A stretch of 64,000 nucleotides of DNA, taken from Pseudomonadota bacterium (GTDB taxonomy: Bacteria > Myxococcota_A > UBA796 > UBA9615). Made by a program: the position numbers and the translations under genes. Under the pieces are notes generated by a model, which saw only the letters and a list, made by a program, of their open reading frames with translations, did not search any database and had not been told where the DNA came from. Where the stretch lies: NCBI GenBank assembly GCA_024229515.1, contig JAAESI010000010.1, positions 1 to 64,000 on the forward strand, read 5' to 3'. This document shows, one piece after another, positions 58,903 through 64,000 of this stretch; position 1 is the stretch's first letter; each line of letters opens with the position of its first letter.

Positions 58903-59826
58903 CTAGAAGCGCCCCCGCCCCGTCCAGCGGCCGATTTCCCCGGCATCGAGCGTGGCCTGCGTCTGGTCCAGCCAGCCGGGTGACGGGCTCGGCCCGCAGT
59001 GCCCGACGATGACGTCGATGATGTAGACGTCGGGGCTGTCCTCGAAGGTCGGACCGGGGCCGTAGTGGTAGTCCACGACGTCCTCGCTGGGGTCGCCGAT
59101 GACGCCCCGCTTCCAGTTGTAGCCCCAGCGCTCATCGTAGGTCCGCAACTCATCCACGACGGCGTCCAGGAACGCCCAGCCGCCGCCGTCGTCCAGGCAC
59201 GAGGCAGCCAGCAGATCGGGGTGCGCCGCGGCGACATCGTCCACCACCCAGCTCATGTCGGGTAGCGGCAAGGGGTACTCGACGGCCTCGCACTCGACCT
59301 CGATCGTCGCTTCGACCGGCTCCCCAAACCAGTGCACGAACTCGTGCACCATCTGCCAGTCGCTGAGCAGCGTCGCGGGCTCGTCCGGCGCGACCAGCGA
59401 GATCACGAAGGTGTGCTCGGCCCCGGGAGGCACGGCGTCGTCGTCCTGGAGCCAGATGCGAGCGTCGCCCGGGTGCAGGGGATCGCCCTCGCCGAGGGCG
59501 CCCAGCTTGTAGCCCTCGGCGCGGGTCCAGGGGACGGTGCCGTCGTTCCGCACGGTCACCTCGGCGGCGGCCTCTTCGCCGCACGCCAGCGTCGCCGGGA
59601 ACGACGACGCGACGATCACGGCCGCGTCCTCGGGCAGCGGCGGCTCGACCGCCGAGTCGTCGTCGTCGTCGCCGTCCGTCGCGGAGTCGTCGTCGTCCGC
59701 GACGTCGTCGTCGTCCCCCGGCCCCCAGGTCGTGTCATCGGGCCCGCCAGGGACCGGCCCGAGATCGACGGGGCAGCCGCTCAGCACCACGGCGAGGAGG
59801 ACAAGGACGGCGCGCCACAGGCTCAT
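58903..59826 (-). CDS. Hypothetical lipoprotein with acidic linker
   Basis: MSLWRAVLVLLAVVLSGC lipobox; DDDDVADDDDSATDGDDDDD linker; start ATG overlaps divergent ATG at 59825. Confidence 0.5.
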   Translation of the reverse strand: MSLWRAVLVLLAVVLSGCPVDLGPVPGGPDDTTWGPGDDDDVADDDDSATDGDDDDDSAVEPPLPEDAAVIVASSFPATLACGEEAAAEVTVRNDGTVPWTRAEGYKLGALGEGDPLHPGDARIWLQDDDAVPPGAEHTFVISLVAPDEPATLLSDWQMVHEFVHWFGEPVEATIEVECEAVEYPLPLPDMSWVVDDVAAAHPDLLAASCLDDGGGWAFLDAVVDELRTYDERWGYNWKRGVIGDPSEDVVDYHYGPGPTFEDSPDVYIIDVIVGHCGPSPSPGWLDQTQATLDAGEIGRWTGRGRF

Positions 59827-59953
59827 GGGTTCGACGCTAGAGGGGGCGCGGAGCACGCGAGGCGACGGTGGGGCGGCCAATTTGTGCGCTTGTTGCAGCA
59901 CTTTGCGGCAGCCCCTGGGCAGACCCCGACCATCGGCGCATGATGGATCGGTC

Positions 59954-62257
59954 TTGTTCGACCGGCTCGCCACCCTGGTCCTCGGACATCGCGCCGCCGT
60001 CGCGGCCGCGCTGACCGTCCTCGTCTTGGGGGTCGCCTCTGGCGCCCATCGGCTCCAGGCGGACTTCTCCGCGGTCGCCTTCTACGGCGCCGGAGACCAC
60101 GAGGTCGATCACCTCCTGGACTACAAGCGCCGCTGGGGCCACGACGACTCGATGCTCCTGGTGCTGGTGGAGGCGCCCGACGGGCTGTTGACCCCCGCCC
60201 GCATGAACATCATCGCGGCGATGACCGAGGATCTCGACCGCCACCCGGACGTGGCCGAGGTCGTCTCCATCGCGACCACGCCGGCGCTGGTGGGCGAGAC
60301 CCCCTCCAGCATCGATCTCACCGGCGTGGCCGAGGCGATGCCGACCGCACCCGGGCTCGAGTTCGACCGCTGGAAGCAGCGGGTGCTGGACCACCCCGTG
60401 GCGGTCCCCTTCCTGCTGTCCGAGGACGGCACCACCGCTGCGGTGGCGGTGACCATGGACGTCGACGCCGACGACATCCAGAAGCTGCGGCCGATCGTGG
60501 AGACCCTCCGCGGGGTCGTGACGCCGTACGACGGTCGAGAAGGCATGACCCTGACAACCGCCGGAATTCCAGCGGTTCGCACCGACTTCTTCAAGTTGAT
60601 CTTTGAGGATCAGATCATCGCCGTGGCGCTGATCTCGATCGTCATCTCGCTGCTGCTGCTGCTGCTCTTCCGCCGACTCCACGGGCTGCTCGCCCCCGGC
60701 TTCGCCGCCGCGGTGCCGGCCCTGATGGTGTTCGGGGTGATGGGCTGGACCGGCGAGACCATCGGGATCCTGAACCAGTCCTACTTCACCCTGCTGCCCT
60801 GCATCGCCATCGCCGACGCGATCCACATGGTGAGCCGTTTCCACGAGGAGGCGCGCCGGCGGGCGGACCCCGGGGAGCGGTTGAGTCCGGAGCAGCGGCA
60901 CGACGCCATCGCCGCGGCGGTGCGGTCCATCGGCGTCGCCTGCCTGCTGACCTCCACCACCACGGGGGTGGGCTTCCTGTCGTTGCAGATGGCGGGCATG
61001 CCGATCCTCCGCGGCTTCGGGCTCTACGCCGGGATCGGCATCGCGTTCGCGTACGGCACCGTGCTGCTGATCACCCCCCTGGCCCTCAGCTTCACCCGGG
61101 GAGCGGTGCCGGAGGCCTCCCGCGAGGGCGCCCACACGCTCGCGGACCGGCTGCTGCTGCGATGCGCCGAGTTCTCGATCCAGCGTCCCGGGGTCGTGCT
61201 CGCAGCCACCGCCGGGGTGCTCCTGGCGAGCGGCTGGTTCGGGGCCCAGGTGGTGGTGGACAACACGCTCACGGGCATGCTCGACGAGAGTCACCCGACG
61301 ACACAGGCGAACGTGCTCGCGGACGAGAAGCTCGGGGGCATCCTCGGGCTCGAACTGGACCTCGTGGGCCCCCCGGGATCGATGAAGGACCCCAAGGTCC
61401 TGCTGGCGCTGGAGGCGCTCGATGCGTGGGCCTTCGAACAGCCCGACTACCGCACCTCCACCGGCCCCCACCGGTTCGCAAGCGCATTCAAGCAGTCCCT
61501 CTCGGGAATCAATGCAATCCCCCAGGATTCAGACGAAATCGCTCAGCTCTTCCTCCTCGGGGAGGGCGCCGGACTGGAGACGGTCGTCGACCCCAGCGAC
61601 TTCTGCTGCGGGCGCGCCACGCTCCGGATCAAGGACCACGGCGGGCTCGCCACGGAGCGGCACTCGGAGGCAGTGAAGGCCAAGGCGGCCGAGCTCTTCG
61701 CCGACCTTCCCGTGGAGGCGCGTCTGACGGGCACCCCCTACGTCGCCTACCGGGGGATCAACCGGGTCACCTCCGACCTGCGCGACAGCCTCATCGTCGC
61801 CTTCCTGATCATCACCGGGACGATCCTGCTGCTGTTCCGAAACGCCCGAATCGCGGCGCTCTGCCTCGTCCCCAACGCGCTCCCCCTGGCCGCCGGCTAC
61901 GGGCTCATGGGGGCGCTGGGGTGGCTGCTGGATCCGGTGCCCGCGGTGGTCTTCACCATCGGCCTGGGCATCGCCGTGGACGACACGATCCACCTCGTGG
62001 CGCGGTGGCGGGAGGAGCGACGGTCCGGGCGCGGCCCCGAGGAGGCGATCCGGCAGTCCGTGCTGCACACCGGGCGGGCGGTGACGATCACCTCGGTGGT
62101 GCTGGCGGCGGGGTTCTCGGTGAACCTCCTGAGCAGCTTCCCCGCAACGCGGATCATGGGGATGCTCGGGGCGTTCGTGATCCTGACGGCGCTGCTGTGC
62201 GACCTGTTCGTGCTGCCGGCGCTGCTGGCCCGGTTCGGAGGGACCAGGGAGCCGTGA
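59954..62257 (+). CDS. RND-superfamily (MMPL/HpnN-like) exporter
   Basis: Two repeats of large periplasmic loop plus six-TM bundle; SSD-like motifs (GIGIAFAYGTVLLITPL, GLGIAVDDTIHLVARW). Start uncertain: TTG 59954 or in-frame ATG 59825. Confidence 0.65.
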   Translation: MFDRLATLVLGHRAAVAAALTVLVLGVASGAHRLQADFSAVAFYGAGDHEVDHLLDYKRRWGHDDSMLLVLVEAPDGLLTPARMNIIAAMTEDLDRHPDVAEVVSIATTPALVGETPSSIDLTGVAEAMPTAPGLEFDRWKQRVLDHPVAVPFLLSEDGTTAAVAVTMDVDADDIQKLRPIVETLRGVVTPYDGREGMTLTTAGIPAVRTDFFKLIFEDQIIAVALISIVISLLLLLLFRRLHGLLAPGFAAAVPALMVFGVMGWTGETIGILNQSYFTLLPCIAIADAIHMVSRFHEEARRRADPGERLSPEQRHDAIAAAVRSIGVACLLTSTTTGVGFLSLQMAGMPILRGFGLYAGIGIAFAYGTVLLITPLALSFTRGAVPEASREGAHTLADRLLLRCAEFSIQRPGVVLAATAGVLLASGWFGAQVVVDNTLTGMLDESHPTTQANVLADEKLGGILGLELDLVGPPGSMKDPKVLLALEALDAWAFEQPDYRTSTGPHRFASAFKQSLSGINAIPQDSDEIAQLFLLGEGAGLETVVDPSDFCCGRATLRIKDHGGLATERHSEAVKAKAAELFADLPVEARLTGTPYVAYRGINRVTSDLRDSLIVAFLIITGTILLLFRNARIAALCLVPNALPLAAGYGLMGALGWLLDPVPAVVFTIGLGIAVDDTIHLVARWREERRSGRGPEEAIRQSVLHTGRAVTITSVVLAAGFSVNLLSSFPATRIMGMLGAFVILTALLCDLFVLPALLARFGGTREP

Positions 62258-62275
62258 AGGACGTCCTCTAGACCC

Positions 62276-63665
62276 AATGCCGGTCACTTAGGCCCATCGC
62301 GGGTCCTAGTTCCTCGATTTCGGGGGTAGTTGCTCATCTTGATCTTGACGTGCCGGGGGTACCTCCTGTGGCTCCGCCGCGGTGGGATGATGAGGCTGCT
62401 GAGGGTCATGCGGAGGTCCGCGAGGTGTCGCGGCACACGGCCCGGCGCGCCCCAGGCTGTGATGAGCCAGAAGTCTCGGCACGTGAGGACGGCGGTGCGG
62501 AAGCTGACTCGGGTGGGCGGCAGGCCGTGCTCGAGGGCGACAAGGAGCATCTCGCGGCGGACGAGGTTGTAGACGAGCAGCAGTCCCCACAGCTCCTGGA
62601 TGACGTTGTTCGGAGAGAGGCTCCGAAGGCACTCCACCCGCTCGAACATGTGGGTCTTGAGTTCGTCGTATCCGACCTCCAGCTCCCACCGCTCGTGATA
62701 GAGCCCGACCAGCGCGAGGGCGGGGTACAGCTCCCAGTCGGTCAATGTGACGAAGAGGCGTGACGCCGTCCCGCCCTCGTGTTGGTAGTGGACGATGCGT
62801 CCCTGGATGAAGTCGGGGAGATTGTCGTGCTTGCGTCGCGCCTCCTTGGACGGCCGCATTCGTGCCAGCGCGCTCCCATCGGGCAGCAGCTTGACGTCGG
62901 TGAACTTCTGGTCGGCGCGGAGCCGGATCATGACGTTCCGTTCGCGCTCTTCGCTGCCGACGACCTCAGCGAGCAGTGCGTAGCTGATGAAGCCCCGGTC
63001 CAAGACGGTGACGCTCGCGTCGGGGATGTTTGAGATCATCTCCCGCGCCAGGCTCTGTTCGGACGTGCCAAACGGCCCGAACCGAGCGTCCGCCAACAGC
63101 CGGCTGCGGAGATTCAGCAGAACCGCGATCCGGGCCTGGGGATAGCCGGCATCCCCGCTGCCACCGCGGCCGCCCGGCTTCCCGAAGAACTCGAAGTCTC
63201 GTCGGAGTCCTGGACGCGGAGGTGGCTGCCGTCGATCCCGTACAGCTCCAGTCCGTGGAAGGTAGGCAGCCCCGGCACGCTCGAATAGGCCTCCGCAATC
63301 TTGCGGAACAGCCACTCCATCGGCTCGGCACCGAGCCGCGCGCGGGGCGAGCGACTCGACGCCCGGTGCGACCAGATTCAGGTGCTCGACGACGTTGACG
63401 ATGGAACGGTCCCGGAACAGCGCCATGCCAACGATGAGCCAAACAAGCATGTCCGCCGGGAGCTTCCGCCGACGGATCGAGGCCTTCCCGGTGTGCGCCA
63501 GCGCCTGCTCGATCCACGAGGGATCAATCGACGCCTCGAACCGTGCGAGGCCTCGCGGACCCATCGCCGCCAAGTCGTCCAGGATCTCGGAGAACTGCTC
63601 CAAGGCCTGAGTATGATCATCAGGCTCCGTTCCGGATACCCCGATCGCTTAACTGATCGGCATTG
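62276..63665 (-). mobile_element. IS4-family insertion sequence (~1390 bp) with imperfect terminal IRs and 11-bp target-site duplication
   Basis: IR-L aatgccggtcacttaggcccatcgcggg vs IR-R (revcomp) caatgccgatcagttaagcgatcgggg. Flanking direct repeat cctctagaccc at 62265-62275 and 63666-63676. Encodes an IS4-type transposase. Confidence 0.7.
62284..63603 (-). pseudogene. IS4-family DDE transposase, interrupted by two frameshifts
   Basis: N-terminus ARFEASIDPSWIEQALAHTGKASIRRRKLPADMLVWLIVGMALFRDRSI (IS4/IS231-like). The conserved middle (MEWLFRKIAEAYSSVPGLPTFHGLELYGIDGSHLRVQDSDE) lies in a different frame (63114-63320). The C-terminal DDE region returns to the first frame. Confidence 0.65.
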
Positions 63666-63668
63666 CCT

Positions 63669-64000
63669 CTAGACCCGACGGCGGCGGAGCGCTCCGGCGC
63701 TGAGCAGGAACAGGCCGAGGGCCGCTTCGGTGGGGGCTTCGGTCTCGTCGCCGCCGCAGTCGCAGCCGTCGTCGCGGCGGATCGGCAGGATGGCGGAGTC
63801 GTCGTCGTCGAACGCCACGTCATCGTCGTCCGTGGCGTCGTCGTCGTCCGTGGCGTCGTCGTCGTCCGTGGCGTCGTCGTCGTCCGTCGCATCGTCGTCG
63901 TCGCCGGTGGTCTCGTCCTCGCCGTCGCAGTCTTGGTCGATGCCGTCATCGGCGATCTCGGGGGCGCCGGGGTAGCGGTCCTCGTCGGTGTCGTCGCAGT
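63669..64000 (-). CDS. Partial gene (C-terminal end only) with DDDDAT repeats and a MYXO-CTERM-type tail
   Basis: Minus-strand translation ...DDDDATDDDDATDDDDAT...DGCDCGGDETEAPTEAALGLFLLSAGALRRRRV*. Stop TAG (63669-63671) lies inside the IS target-site duplication. The gene runs off the window end. Confidence 0.55.
   Translation of the reverse strand, partial: CDDTDEDRYPGAPEIADDGIDQDCDGEDETTGDDDDATDDDDATDDDDATDDDDATDDDDVAFDDDDSAILPIRRDDGCDCGGDETEAPTEAALGLFLLSAGALRRRRV
63821..63900. repeat. 15-bp tandem repeat (cgtcgtcgtccgtgg) x ~5 encoding (DDDDAT)n
   Basis: Direct tandem copies visible 63821-63900 within the partial gene ending in a MYXO-CTERM-type tail. Confidence 0.7.

Noticed and set aside
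59825-59953. In-frame ATG 59825 as RND transporter start
   Set aside because: Adds 43 residues of Arg/Gly-rich non-hydrophobic sequence and places the start codon overlapping the divergent lipoprotein ATG. A downstream TTG/GTG start before the first TM helix is more plausible but unverified.

Overview
This is a ~70% GC window with dense coding on both strands and overlapping start/stop codons. Two genes end in MYXO-CTERM-type sorting tails (one with Cys motif, hydrophobic stretch and RRRR; one with the Cys motif and a +RRRR tail), which, together with the many lipobox and Cys-rich lipoproteins, points to a myxobacterial (Myxococcota) chromosome.

The first 30 kb is largely housekeeping or accessory metabolism:
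- a metallophosphoesterase, an SDR, tryptophan 2,3-dioxygenase, a GH20 hexosaminidase and a CrtI-like oxidoreductase;
- YjgA, an O-methyltransferase and pntAB;
- a tRNA-Thr, an SPFH protein, an ArsP/YraQ-like permease with an (HD)n tail, an FAD-linked oxidase and PrsW;
- a GH5 hydrolase, a BNR protein with MYXO-CTERM, an esterase, a VWA plus Cys-rich lipoprotein pair, Fpg, an ECF sigma / anti-sigma / YbjQ operon and an M28 peptidase.

The segment from 30 to 58 kb is the unusual part:
- A 320-bp imperfect palindrome sits at 30337-30659.
- An aKG-HExxH-type (HEXXH-domain) gene lies divergent to three tandem radical-SAM-fold paralogues, one of which has lost its CxxxCxxC triad.
- An ankyrin-repeat gene and three small overlapping ORFs lie downstream of a giant 2292-aa Lys/Ala/Gly-rich protein.
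- A His-Xaa-Ser (Hxs) locus follows: two HxsD, HxsB with an RRE-like N-terminus, an HxsA precursor with eight and a half HGS repeats, and HxsC, extended by a third radical SAM gene and a DSD1-like PLP enzyme.
- A further radical SAM / membrane protein / LTD-lipoprotein operon closes the segment.

Seven radical-SAM-family genes fall within 25 kb, five of them from one paralogous subfamily. The window ends with an RND/MMPL transporter and an IS4-family element with an 11-bp target duplication and a doubly frameshifted transposase, inserted exactly at the stop codon of a partial gene ending in a MYXO-CTERM-type tail. Three apparent coding frameshifts were noted (GH20 C-terminus, cNMP-binding gene, transposase).
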